Origin: a virus
IMG/VR virus record: IMGVR_UViG_3300010338_000991
Reading direction: 5' to 3' (one strand)
Length of the DNA stretch: 29,228 nt
Positions 14,821 through 24,674 of the stretch are shown piece by piece. Every line of letters starts with the position of its first letter. Position 1 is the first letter of the stretch. The notes beneath the pieces were generated by a model. That model ran no database searches. It worked only from the letters and a program-made list of their open reading frames with translations, and was not told the origin of the DNA. A program made the position numbers and the translations under genes.

Positions 14821-15829
14821 ATATAACATTAAAGACATTGCAGATATAGAAAAGACGCATAAAGCATTTTCTACTTTTGCGTGTGGTGGGGGATCGTCAA
14901 TAGGCTACAAACTGGCAGGGATTGAAGTTATTGGAGCAAATGATATTGATCCTGAAATGAAGTGGCACTATACAAAAAACCTTAACCCATCGCTATATTA
15001 TTTATGCCCAATATCTGACATGATATCAATGGAATTGCCAAACGAGCTTTTTGCCCTTGACATATTAGATGGATCACCTCCATGCTCAACTTTTAGCACA
15101 TCTGGGAACAGAGAAAAGGATTGGGGCAAAAACAAATACTTTAGGGAAGGTCAAGCAAAGCAAGTTCTTTCTGACTTGTTTTTTGACTACATAGACCTTG
15201 TCAAAAGGCTACAGCCAAAAGTATCTATATCAGAAAATGTAACTGGAATTATCAAAGGAAATGCTAAATATTACGCCAAAACAATAGTGCAAAAACTTGA
15301 TGAAGCAGGATATGTTACTCAAGTTTTTCAGATAAACGCAGCAAATTGCGGTGTCCCTCAAATGAGAGAACGCGTGTTTTTTATAAGTAGGCGCAAAGAT
15401 ATAGACAAAAAACCACTTGTATTATCACCAAAAGAAAAAATACTTACTGTATGGGATGCTATACACGACATACAGGATTTGACAGATGATGAGATTAGGG
15501 ACACAGCCCCAAATAACACTGACTTGAAATATTGGAACAAAACCAAGCCAGGATGCAGCTATTCAAGCGTTCACGAAAAAGGCAGCTTTTTTTCTTATTA
15601 TAGGCTAAACAAAGACAAACCAAGCAACACTATCCAAGCAAACCATCAATGTTATACTCACCCATCAGAATGCAGAAACCTAACTTTTAGAGAAGTCAAA
15701 AGACTGTCGTCATTTCCAGATGATTACGAAGCAAAAACAGATAACATCGGGAAGTATATGTGCGGAATGAGTGTGCCTCCATTTATGATGTATCAAGTAG
15801 CAAAAGCAGTAAAAGAGCAGTGGCTATAA
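14810..15829 (+). CDS. DNA (cytosine-5)-methyltransferase (ORF track starts at a TTG at 14774)
   Basis: Motif I FACGGGSSIGYKLAG, catalytic PC motif GSPPCSTFS, ENV motif ISENVTG, QxRxR motif VPQMRERVFF. Confidence 0.85.
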   Translation: MNLRYNIKDIADIEKTHKAFSTFACGGGSSIGYKLAGIEVIGANDIDPEMKWHYTKNLNPSLYYLCPISDMISMELPNELFALDILDGSPPCSTFSTSGNREKDWGKNKYFREGQAKQVLSDLFFDYIDLVKRLQPKVSISENVTGIIKGNAKYYAKTIVQKLDEAGYVTQVFQINAANCGVPQMRERVFFISRRKDIDKKPLVLSPKEKILTVWDAIHDIQDLTDDEIRDTAPNNTDLKYWNKTKPGCSYSSVHEKGSFFSYYRLNKDKPSNTIQANHQCYTHPSECRNLTFREVKRLSSFPDDYEAKTDNIGKYMCGMSVPPFMMYQVAKAVKEQWL

Positions 15830-15865
15830 TGTGTGATGAGACAATATCCGGACAAGGAGTATCGA

Positions 15866-16813
15866 ATGATTAGAACCGCTGAATGTGTAACGCCGAAGCA
15901 TCCAGACAAGCTGTGCGACCGCATAGCTGATGCCATATTGACGGAGGCAATAAAGCAAGATCCAAACGCCAGAACGGCAATAGAAGTTTGTGCCGGTCAT
16001 GGCATTGTGACCGTTCTGGGCGAAATGACAACCACAGCCTTTGTTGATGTTGCTGACATAGCCCGCAGGATTACAGATGGTGAGTGCGGCGTGCAAGTCA
16101 ATATTGTGCGACAGTCACCCGACATAGCGATGGGAGTTGATGCCGGAGGCGCCGGAGATCAAGGCATTATGATCGGATATGCCTGCAACGAAAATGATAA
16201 TTTTATTCCTACGGAATTAAACCTCGCCAGAGATTTGTGCCAATTCATTTATATGCGACACGAAGTTGACGGCAAAACTCAAATCACAATGGACGGCAAT
16301 AAAATATCAACTATTGTCGCAAGCTTTCACAACACAAAGAGCGGAGATCTGAGATCCCTTGTGCACCAGTGGCTTGATGGCAGAAAATGCGAATCGATAA
16401 TGTGTAATCCTGCCGGCGATTGGAAAACCGGCGGGCTTAACGCTGATTCTGGCGTAACGGGAAGGAAACTTGCCATAGACAACTACGGAACCAGAACACC
16501 CATTGGCGGCGGCGCATTTAGCGGAAAAGACCCCACCAAAGTGGATCGCTCTGCCGCGTATATGGCAAGAAAAATTGCTGTCGATATCTTGCGCCAGAAA
16601 AATGCAAAAGAAGTTATCGTTTCGCTTGCTTATGCAATCGGCGTTCCTGATCCGGTAATGACGGAGTGTATTGCCGATGGAAATCATGTTGACATTTCAC
16701 ACTACAGCTTGACACCAAAAGCAATTATCGATGCGCTTGGGCTTCGTGATATTGATTATGAAAAAACAGCAGCGTGGGGGCACTTCGGCATCGGCATGCC
16801 GTGGGACAAATAA
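15866..16813 (+). CDS. metK: S-adenosylmethionine synthetase (MetK), compact form of about 315 aa
   Basis: AAGGAG 6 nt upstream of ATG 15866; motifs KHPDKLCDRIADAILTEA, GAGDQGIMIGYA, DGKTQIT, GGGAFSGKDPTKVDRSAAYMARKIA and C-terminal TAAWGHFG, aligning with bacterial MetK. Confidence 0.85.
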   Translation: MIRTAECVTPKHPDKLCDRIADAILTEAIKQDPNARTAIEVCAGHGIVTVLGEMTTTAFVDVADIARRITDGECGVQVNIVRQSPDIAMGVDAGGAGDQGIMIGYACNENDNFIPTELNLARDLCQFIYMRHEVDGKTQITMDGNKISTIVASFHNTKSGDLRSLVHQWLDGRKCESIMCNPAGDWKTGGLNADSGVTGRKLAIDNYGTRTPIGGGAFSGKDPTKVDRSAAYMARKIAVDILRQKNAKEVIVSLAYAIGVPDPVMTECIADGNHVDISHYSLTPKAIIDALGLRDIDYEKTAAWGHFGIGMPWDK

Positions 16814-16814
16814 A

Positions 16815-17213
16815 ATGGCAACGACCAAAAAAGCTTCCAATAAAGCGACTCCAGACTTCACACTTAAAAAAAGCCAAATGCTGGAGGCGCTTGAAAAGTC
16901 TCTTGGCGTGGTGACCACCGCCGCTCAGAAGGTAGGCATCAGCAGGCGGCAACATTACAACTGGCTCAAATCCGATCCTGCCTATTGCGAGGCCGTTGCC
17001 GAGATTAATAACATATCGCTTGACCTTGCTGAGTCCAAGCTATTCACGGCTGTTAATAATGGTGAGTTATCTGCTATCATTTTCTTTCTGAAATGCAAAG
17101 GCAAGAAGCGCGGATATATCGAGAGGCCGGCAGACGAGCCGGCGCCGCAAGACCACAACAAACCCGAAATATGCATGCGCCCAGCGCGGCTAGCGGAATC
17201 CGATGAAGATTAA
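16815..17213 (+). CDS. terS: Terminase small subunit candidate (132 aa)
   Basis: HTH-like segment LGVVTTAAQKVGISRRQHYNWL; directly upstream of and overlapping the large terminase. Confidence 0.5.
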   Translation: MATTKKASNKATPDFTLKKSQMLEALEKSLGVVTTAAQKVGISRRQHYNWLKSDPAYCEAVAEINNISLDLAESKLFTAVNNGELSAIIFFLKCKGKKRGYIERPADEPAPQDHNKPEICMRPARLAESDED

Positions 17214-18453
17214 CTTTTGTGAAGATCATTATTTGCCGCATCAATGGCAATTCCTTAATGATTGGAGCAGAACGCTTGGATTGATCGGCGGGCTCGGCTC
17301 CGGCAAAACTGCGGCGTTTCTTGCTAAGACATTCATCTGCCACATCAGCCGACCGGGCGCAACCGGAAAGAGCAATGTCGGCATTGGCTACCCGTCGTAT
17401 GGCGATGCGAAGGAATTGTTCTTCTACCCGTATTGCGATATGTTAGAGATGGCTGGAATCAAATACGTAGAAAACAAATCAGAGCTTACGATTAAAACTG
17501 AGCAGGGTCAAGTCAAGATCGTGTCTGCGTTCCATCCGGAGCGGATCAAGGGTTTTTCGTTCACCGATTTCGGTTTTGACGAGATCGACACGCTTGATTT
17601 GGCGAAAGGCAAAACCGCTATCCGCCGGGCAAGAGAACGCTTGCGTGGACGCAGAGACGCTCAATTGTTTCTGGTCTCGTCACCGGAAGGTTTTTCCACC
17701 TGTTACGAGGTGCTGAAGAAGAATCCGAATCCGGGCACATCCGTCATTCATGCCGATACGCGATCGAACACATATCTTCCCACCGAATACATTAATGATT
17801 TGCTCAATACTTATGATGAACAGATGGCTATGGCATATATTAGTGGTCAATTTGTTAACCTGAACAATATGCAAGCGCACTATGCCTTCCGCCGGGATGT
17901 TCACGTGCATAGCATTCCGATGCCTGAGCCGCACGATGTGATACTGGTGGGGATAGATTTTAATGTTAATCCAATGACGGCGGCTTTGTGCTATTCGCGC
18001 GAAATTGACGGGCGCACACATTACTTTTTCTTTGCAGAATACTATCTTTTGAACGCAAACACATATCTGTTGTCAGACTTGTTAGCGGAAGACTACCCGA
18101 ATCGCGTATTGCGCTGCTATCCTGATCCGACTGGAATTGCGCGCAAGACATCATCTGATGCAAGCGATATAGAAATACTGAAGCGCAAGGGCTTCGATGT
18201 CCGGTATCGACACGGTATAACGCAACGCAGATCGCTCAATATCGCCAATGGCGCATTTGCGCATAATGCTATCCACATCGATCCTTGTTGTGAAAACTTG
18301 ATTAACGATCTTGAGCAGGTGGTCACCGATGCGGCCGGCGCTATAATGAAACCAAACAACACAATGCTGACACATATTTCTGACGCAATGCGCAATATAA
18401 TCGTTGTTGACGCATTGGTAAAGCAAGAACAAACACCGTGGGATGTAGCATGA
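17203..18453 (+). CDS. terL: Terminase large subunit
   Basis: Walker A GGLGSGKT, Walker B-like FGFDEID, C-terminal nuclease-like region (VGIDFNVNP); 416 aa. Confidence 0.8.
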   Translation: MKINFCEDHYLPHQWQFLNDWSRTLGLIGGLGSGKTAAFLAKTFICHISRPGATGKSNVGIGYPSYGDAKELFFYPYCDMLEMAGIKYVENKSELTIKTEQGQVKIVSAFHPERIKGFSFTDFGFDEIDTLDLAKGKTAIRRARERLRGRRDAQLFLVSSPEGFSTCYEVLKKNPNPGTSVIHADTRSNTYLPTEYINDLLNTYDEQMAMAYISGQFVNLNNMQAHYAFRRDVHVHSIPMPEPHDVILVGIDFNVNPMTAALCYSREIDGRTHYFFFAEYYLLNANTYLLSDLLAEDYPNRVLRCYPDPTGIARKTSSDASDIEILKRKGFDVRYRHGITQRRSLNIANGAFAHNAIHIDPCCENLINDLEQVVTDAAGAIMKPNNTMLTHISDAMRNIIVVDALVKQEQTPWDVA

Positions 18454-19838
18454 ACTTAAATTTAATACGCAGAGCAAAAGCGGCGAGCATAATGCAAGAC
18501 GATTTACAGCGACGCGCAATTACGCGCATGGCGATCGACTTTTACAACTATAACCAAGAACCCTATACTATGGCGAAAATCAAAAGCCGATACCCGGACA
18601 CATATACCGATCTGCAACACTATATTGTGGCGACAGATTTATCTCGCGCACTAACCCGCCAGCTTGCCAAGATATTTCAGCAAGACCCGCTTATCACATT
18701 AGATGGAGCGTCAGATGATTTAGTTAAACATTTTACTGATTTGCTTGATGGAGCGAATTTATTCGGTTCTTTGCGCGTTATTGATCGTTACGCAGAGACT
18801 TGCAATCAGATCGGCATTGCGCCAATTTTTAATCCGCGAACAGGCAAAATAAAGCTGGACTTCATTACGCCTGACCGCTGCATAGTTTGGCAAGATGATA
18901 TTGACCCAACCGAGGCCGTAGCTGTAGCTTACACAATCCGCAACAAGTTCAATACTCCGATTGCAGATCGCTCTGACGTGTATGCACTCTGGACGGATGA
19001 CGCATATCGCGTAGTGACTCTAAAAACGGATGGAACGATTGACACAGACATTGAGCCGCCTCAGCCTAATCCATACGGTCGCATCCCAATTGCTTGGTTT
19101 CGCACTGATATGGCAATTGACTCTTTTTGGCTTGATCGTCAATTTCCTATGGTAGAGGCCAATCTGCGCGCCAATATTCAGCTGACCAATCTTGATGTTG
19201 CGCTGGACTATCAATCGTTCAGCACAATGTGGACGTCTGGCATGCCTGAAGGTGCGAAGCTTAATGTAGGCGTTCAGCGATACATCAACATCCCTCGCGA
19301 TCCTGTAACCGGCAATGTGAGCGGCTCTATTGGCTACGCTACGCCATCACCACAGCTTCAGACGGTCTGGGATATTATTAACGATAACATAGCGCTTGCG
19401 GCGGCTCTTATGGGCATTAGCGCGGAAGCAATCAAGCAAGGAAGCTCATTCAGTTCCGGTTATCAATTGCGCCTATCAAAATCCGATGTGATATCGTATA
19501 ATGTGGAAAAGCGATCTATATATCGAGAGCCATTGCGCGATCTCGTGCAGCTCATCATGGACTGCAAACGGCTTAATAGCAATATCAACATGCCGGAAGC
19601 TGCCGATATAAAGATTGACTTTGCCGATATCACGATTGAACAAAATCCGTTAGAAGAAGAGCAGGTTCGCTCGCTGAAGATTTCCAATGGCACAATGAGC
19701 CGCGTAGATGCCATCATGCTTGATAATCAAGACTTGAGCCGTGAAGATGCGGAAAAGGAAATTGAGCGAATAGACGCCGATAACAATCGCTTCCGCATTG
19801 GCGCGGCAAACATTGATCAGGGCTTGTTTGATGAATAA
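18450..19838 (+). CDS. Portal protein candidate (about 462 aa)
   Basis: Size and position immediately after the large terminase; ATG overlaps the terminase stop (ATGA). Confidence 0.55.
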   Translation: MNLNLIRRAKAASIMQDDLQRRAITRMAIDFYNYNQEPYTMAKIKSRYPDTYTDLQHYIVATDLSRALTRQLAKIFQQDPLITLDGASDDLVKHFTDLLDGANLFGSLRVIDRYAETCNQIGIAPIFNPRTGKIKLDFITPDRCIVWQDDIDPTEAVAVAYTIRNKFNTPIADRSDVYALWTDDAYRVVTLKTDGTIDTDIEPPQPNPYGRIPIAWFRTDMAIDSFWLDRQFPMVEANLRANIQLTNLDVALDYQSFSTMWTSGMPEGAKLNVGVQRYINIPRDPVTGNVSGSIGYATPSPQLQTVWDIINDNIALAAALMGISAEAIKQGSSFSSGYQLRLSKSDVISYNVEKRSIYREPLRDLVQLIMDCKRLNSNINMPEAADIKIDFADITIEQNPLEEEQVRSLKISNGTMSRVDAIMLDNQDLSREDAEKEIERIDADNNRFRIGAANIDQGLFDE

Positions 19839-20622
19839 AGCAGTTTCGACTAAAATTGATCAACAAACCGCGTGGTTTGAGCGCAACATGCAGAAGATTG
19901 CGAGACGATTGGATGAGCGCATTTCCTCATTAATCCGCGAGCTTGACTCCGGTGGCGGGCATGTGCTGAACACAGAAGAAAACATCCAGCTGTGGGCGCA
20001 AATCTATGGATCAATTTTAGAAGAACTTAGTGCATCCGGATACACTGAACTTGTATCTCGGTTAAACGAAAAAGAAAACGATTTACTGCGCACAATGAAA
20101 AAGTCAAGTGTCCCCGGAGCGGTTCCTTTGGCATTCACGCAGACAAGCCAATCGGCTATAGCTGCTTTCAATTCGCTTTGGAATGCGCGGATTGGCAATC
20201 TCGGCAATGATGTGGCGCGCCAGATTCATGCCATTATTGGCGACAGCATTTTTGGCGGAACGAACATTTCAGATCTGGTAAAATCGGTTAGAATAATACT
20301 TGACAAGCAGCTTGTGCGCTATGCTACCACCTATGTGAACACCAGCCGCGCAAAGTTTATCCAAATGATGCAATACGAAGCCGCTCGCAATTATGATGGC
20401 GAATTGTTTTGGATATACGAGGGTCCGGAAGATGATGTTACGCGTCCGGTATGTCGCGAAGGCACCGGTATGGATGTTAATGCGATGTTTCCTAATGCGC
20501 CATATTTTACCGAAGAAGAGCGCATCGAATTTGAATCTTATAGCGCACCGGAGCGGACGTATAACTGCCGCCATTCCTTTATGCAAATAACAAAAGAATA
20601 CTATTACGATCACGTGAGGTGA
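19831..20622 (+). CDS. Minor head / head morphogenesis protein (Mu F or SPP1 gp7-like)
   Basis: Position after portal; conserved C-terminal region with DDVTRPVCRE; ATG overlaps the portal stop. Confidence 0.5.
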   Translation: MNKAVSTKIDQQTAWFERNMQKIARRLDERISSLIRELDSGGGHVLNTEENIQLWAQIYGSILEELSASGYTELVSRLNEKENDLLRTMKKSSVPGAVPLAFTQTSQSAIAAFNSLWNARIGNLGNDVARQIHAIIGDSIFGGTNISDLVKSVRIILDKQLVRYATTYVNTSRAKFIQMMQYEAARNYDGELFWIYEGPEDDVTRPVCREGTGMDVNAMFPNAPYFTEEERIEFESYSAPERTYNCRHSFMQITKEYYYDHVR

Positions 20623-20624
20623 AT

Positions 20625-20864
20625 ATGGCATATCGTAAAATTGATGATAACGATACCATTCAGATTCGCAGAGCGCAAGGTGGCAACAAACCGGAAACGC
20701 GCACCGCTGCGGAGCTGAACGAGTGTTTCAGCAAAGAAGAACCGACTATAACCCCCGGCGCCGCTGGATCTTTGCGCTATTCCGATACTGCGCTTTATGT
20801 ATCGGTTGGCGCAAGCACAACTGCTGTATCAAATTGGAAATCAATAACATTTAACAACGAATGA
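20625..20864 (+). CDS. Hypothetical protein (80 aa)
   Basis: GAGGTGA upstream of the ATG; no motif. Confidence 0.35.
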   Translation: MAYRKIDDNDTIQIRRAQGGNKPETRTAAELNECFSKEEPTITPGAAGSLRYSDTALYVSVGASTTAVSNWKSITFNNE

Positions 20865-20871
20865 GGACAAC

Positions 20872-21462
20872 ATGGCACTAAAAGAAATCTTGGATAAGAT
20901 TATGAACTCACTTCCTGCTGATGCGGGAAACGACATTCTTTCTCTGCTGGCAGATGCCAAGCGAGAGGCGAACATCGTGCTTGCGGATCTGTCCGCAGCA
21001 AACAACGAATCAAAGGAACGCAGATTGAAGCTTGCCGAGATGTCAAGTCAGATTGATGCGCTTAACGCTAAACTGGCGGATGCCACGAAAGCGGATCCAG
21101 AACTTGATTCGATTAAAGAGAAGGCTGCCAAATATGACGAGCTTTTGCAAAGCAAGAAAACCGAAACCCTGAATCTATGGAAAGCCAAACATGAAGAATT
21201 GCAAAAGATTTTGTCAAGTGATACGGATAAGCGCAAAGACAAGGTCGCCGCGCTGATGCCTGACTTCTCAATCCCGGCAGACGGCGAAGAGCTTGATGCC
21301 GACACAGCCGCACAGAACCTGAAATTGTATTCTGTATTGGAAAAAGCGGGAGTATTTGCCGATCCTGCTGACACCAAAACGGATTTCCAGCGAAAGAGCA
21401 ATCCGGGTGGCGGCGAAAAAGAACCCTACACCTTCGGCAAAGCATTACAAAAAAAAGCATGA
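20872..21462 (+). CDS. Scaffolding protein candidate
   Basis: Ala/Lys/Glu-rich, predicted coiled coil; directly upstream of the putative major capsid gene. Confidence 0.5.
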   Translation: MALKEILDKIMNSLPADAGNDILSLLADAKREANIVLADLSAANNESKERRLKLAEMSSQIDALNAKLADATKADPELDSIKEKAAKYDELLQSKKTETLNLWKAKHEELQKILSSDTDKRKDKVAALMPDFSIPADGEELDADTAAQNLKLYSVLEKAGVFADPADTKTDFQRKSNPGGGEKEPYTFGKALQKKA

Positions 21463-21470
21463 GGTAAAAC

Positions 21471-22424
21471 ATGAATATCAGAGATTTTCTTATCTCGCTA
21501 CAAAGCGAACAAGCTCCCATCGTAACCGATTTGGTGAAGAGCTTGGGTATTTTAGAAACCGCGCAATTCGGATTCAGCAGCGATTATCTGCGCCATGAAT
21601 TTGAGGTCCAGACAGATGATGGCGATGCCGCCGTACGTGCAATCAATGGATCAATCGTAGCCACAATGTCAAATAGTATCCTTGGCAGCGTTCAGCTTCC
21701 GGCTATCGAGCGCCTCGTTGAAATCGACAAAGTGCTCGCTAAGAAGTGGGGCGGCATTCAGGGATTCTTGAACAACAAGAATCGCACAGTCGCATACATG
21801 CGCTCAATCCTACAGCTACTTGCAAAGGCTATGATTTATGGTGACGACCCTACTTTTGGCGTGCCGGGTGCATTCAAGGGACTGCATCAGATCGCTAAAG
21901 CCAACAGCAATGTTGTTGCTCAGCTTTCAGGTGCTACCGGAAGCAGAACATCAATCTTTGCCGTGCATTGGAGCGAAGGCGAGACCGAAATTGTAATGCC
22001 ACAGGAACAAACCGGCGACATCGTTCAAATCGAATTGGTCGGCGGAGGCACCTTGCAAGCACCAACCGCAGACACCACCACGAAAGCGCGTCAACTTGTT
22101 TACGGAGCTAACTTCTGGACTAATGCTGCTCTGTGCGCTCCGTCGAAGGCGTCTGTTGCCGCAATCACCCAAATCGATGGCACACACAAACCCACCGCCG
22201 CACAGATTGACTTACTGATTGACGCCGTCAAAGGTCTTGCTGATGGCAAAACGTTCCTGTATATGAATCGCGAGGGGCGCAGATACATAAAAGAGCTTAA
22301 AAACACTAAGCTCAGCATGGCTCCCGGCGATACCGGCTACAACACCGTAGTATCCGATTGGGATGGCATCCCGGTCGTTCTGGAAGAATCAATCCTCAGC
22401 ACAGAAACCACTGCGCTGGACTAA
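21471..22424 (+). CDS. Major capsid protein candidate (317 aa)
   Basis: Synteny (after scaffold), size, GAGG upstream of the ATG; no profile search done. Confidence 0.55.
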   Translation: MNIRDFLISLQSEQAPIVTDLVKSLGILETAQFGFSSDYLRHEFEVQTDDGDAAVRAINGSIVATMSNSILGSVQLPAIERLVEIDKVLAKKWGGIQGFLNNKNRTVAYMRSILQLLAKAMIYGDDPTFGVPGAFKGLHQIAKANSNVVAQLSGATGSRTSIFAVHWSEGETEIVMPQEQTGDIVQIELVGGGTLQAPTADTTTKARQLVYGANFWTNAALCAPSKASVAAITQIDGTHKPTAAQIDLLIDAVKGLADGKTFLYMNREGRRYIKELKNTKLSMAPGDTGYNTVVSDWDGIPVVLEESILSTETTALD

Positions 22425-22438
22425 AAAAGAGGTAAATA

Positions 22439-22855
22439 ATGGCTTATAAAAATCGTTCCTATGTCGTGGATCAAAAATTGATCCTTAGCTCCGCACAAGC
22501 CCTGCCGAACAAAACAAGCGCAGATTCCACCAATGTCGTTGACTTTGGCGGAAACTCTGGCGGACTTGCCAAAATTGTAGTCAAGGCAAACACCAACATC
22601 GCTGTTGCAAACACATATAAATTGACCATTGTAGCCAGCTATGGATCCACCAGCACACCGACTGATACGTTGGACAAGGTGCTCTTTACCAAAACAGCTC
22701 CGGCAGCTGGCTTTTCTTATGCCGCTGGAGACACCATCGTAGAAGAGATTATCCCGGATTCGCTCCCTGATAACTATCATTTCCTTAAACTAACCTATAC
22801 CACCACAGCCAATGAGTCAAATGAGAAAGTTGATGCCTATGTGGTGATGACCTAA
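22439..22855 (+). CDS. Hypothetical virion protein (138 aa; head decoration or Ig-like candidate)
   Basis: Thr/Ser-rich beta-like composition directly after the capsid gene. Confidence 0.35.
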   Translation: MAYKNRSYVVDQKLILSSAQALPNKTSADSTNVVDFGGNSGGLAKIVVKANTNIAVANTYKLTIVASYGSTSTPTDTLDKVLFTKTAPAAGFSYAAGDTIVEEIIPDSLPDNYHFLKLTYTTTANESNEKVDAYVVMT

Positions 22856-22868
22856 CACTCCCTCCCGA

Positions 22869-22897
22869 GCGGGGCGGTTTCCTCCTTGCCGCCCCGC
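22869..22897 (+). other. GC-rich hairpin (GCGGGGCGG, 11-nt loop, CCGCCCCGC) after the capsid block
   Basis: Perfect 9-bp stem read directly; no U-tract follows, so a terminator role is uncertain. Confidence 0.4.
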
Positions 22898-22911
22898 ACA
22901 TTTAAGGATGT

Positions 22912-23628
22912 ATGATGAAAACACTTGCAACGCTTGACACGATCTCTCGGTGGGAAAAAGAGGTCAATAACCTTGGCGGATATACAGAATCATGGGGCTT
23001 GATCTCTGTCTCTAATGAATCGCCGGCTACAATTTCGGTTTCTGATAATGTAGCAAAAGGGATATTTGCTCTTGCCGCGGGCGGTTTTTCTTCCGTTGTG
23101 GCAGAAGATAATCTTTTGAGCATCCCGCCGGTGCAGACCGTATCTGTCGCGCTTTACGATTCCGGGGATGCGCACATTGATACATTTGCGCTCAATGAAG
23201 GGCATGGCGTTTATCTCTTTGGCGCAAACGGCATTGAAACCGGAACGCTGTCAGACGCGTCTGCATGGGCTGTCTGCCAATCTGCGCGCACATGGCAAGA
23301 CAAAGTTGATATTGCGCATCTTGTTGTTGAGAATGATGTATTGACAGCGCTGTATAATCGCCTGAGCCAATACACTGATTCCGAAATTATCGATGCAATA
23401 ACCAACATTGACGCGCTTGCGATTGCTGTTGACATGAAAGCGCTGGAGCTTATCTATATGGATTTAGCGAATAGCGGATTCAATCAATTGTATCAAACCA
23501 AGGCAACAGAATACGCGCGCCGATATGCGGCTGAACTGCGCTCCGCGATTCAGCGGATTAACATCAATATCGATGGCAGCGCAAAAGATCCAAATCGCAT
23601 CGTAACGCAAGGGATGTTGTCAAGATGA
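22912..23628 (+). CDS. Hypothetical protein (238 aa), head-tail connector region
   Basis: ORF with AAGGA upstream; position between capsid and tail genes. Confidence 0.4.
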   Translation: MMKTLATLDTISRWEKEVNNLGGYTESWGLISVSNESPATISVSDNVAKGIFALAAGGFSSVVAEDNLLSIPPVQTVSVALYDSGDAHIDTFALNEGHGVYLFGANGIETGTLSDASAWAVCQSARTWQDKVDIAHLVVENDVLTALYNRLSQYTDSEIIDAITNIDALAIAVDMKALELIYMDLANSGFNQLYQTKATEYARRYAAELRSAIQRININIDGSAKDPNRIVTQGMLSR

Positions 23629-24059
23629 AGATTGATACTATCTCAGTACCGCGCACAAATTTGCGATTTTCGGTCAGCGCATCTGCCATGAAAAAAATCG
23701 GTGACGAAGCCGTACGCATGATGATAGACAGAACAAAGAAAGGCATAGATATTGATGGCATGCCATTCGCTCCATATTCGCCACAATACGTCAAATACAA
23801 GGGCGAAGCCGGGCGCGTTACTGATCCCGTTAATCTACAATTCAATGGTGAGATGCACCGCTCAATGGTGGTCGTGGCTACGAACAATAACGCCAATATC
23901 AGCTATGGCGATCGCCAGCGCGCATTGGTTGCGCTATATCATCAAACCGGGAACGGTCAACCGCAGCGCAAGCATTTTGGCCTTACATCGGAGCAAGCGC
24001 GGCGCATTATGGATATGCTAACGGCTGAAATTCGCAAGGCGGTGAAAAGTGGTAAATAA
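23625..24059 (+). CDS. Hypothetical protein (144 aa), head-tail joining region
   Basis: Start overlaps upstream stop (ATGA); position. Confidence 0.4.
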   Translation: MKIDTISVPRTNLRFSVSASAMKKIGDEAVRMMIDRTKKGIDIDGMPFAPYSPQYVKYKGEAGRVTDPVNLQFNGEMHRSMVVVATNNNANISYGDRQRALVALYHQTGNGQPQRKHFGLTSEQARRIMDMLTAEIRKAVKSGK

Positions 24060-24480
24060 AATAGAGCCGGTTAAAGAGGTTGTACGCACGCGTCTAATAG
24101 CAGCTGGCATCAAGCGCTGTTTGGACTATCCTGAACAAATTGACGCCATTGGCAATTTCCTGCCAATGGCATTCTTGCGCTCCGGTAACACGCCCGTAAC
24201 GCCAGTGCCCAGCGGATGTGTCATGCTGAACTATGCGCTCACAATATACATTATCTCACAGACGGGGATTGCCAAGACAAAGCACCACGAAGACTTGATC
24301 TTTGCGTGCGCAGATAGCTTGATGCAAGATCTCGACATGGGCGGGACTGCGTATTCGGTAAATCTGTCGGAGCTTTACTTCAACGACTCAATTCCGTATG
24401 TCACCGACGCGCAACCGCAAAACAGCATACAAACAAGTTCAATAACATTATCAATACAAATAAAGGACTCACGACTATGA
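24049..24480 (+). CDS. Hypothetical protein (143 aa), tail completion region
   Basis: ORF with GTG start overlapping the upstream gene; position. Confidence 0.35.
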   Translation: MVNKIEPVKEVVRTRLIAAGIKRCLDYPEQIDAIGNFLPMAFLRSGNTPVTPVPSGCVMLNYALTIYIISQTGIAKTKHHEDLIFACADSLMQDLDMGGTAYSVNLSELYFNDSIPYVTDAQPQNSIQTSSITLSIQIKDSRL

Positions 24481-24674
24481 AAATGAAATCAATCAATGAT
24501 AAGCCCATTTACGGCGTTTACGATGGCAAAGCGTATCTGCTGGACGGCGAGCCAAGAGACTATCCAGAAGCCGTCAAAATGGCATATGCCGATATCTTAA
24601 TTGACGCAGAACCTGCACCGGAAGCAGAGGAAGCAATCGAACCGGATGACAACGAATATGATGGAGGCTACTAA
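24477..24674 (+). CDS. Hypothetical small acidic protein (65 aa)
   Basis: Start overlaps upstream stop (ATGA). Confidence 0.35.
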   Translation: MKMKSINDKPIYGVYDGKAYLLDGEPRDYPEAVKMAYADILIDAEPAPEAEEAIEPDDNEYDGGY

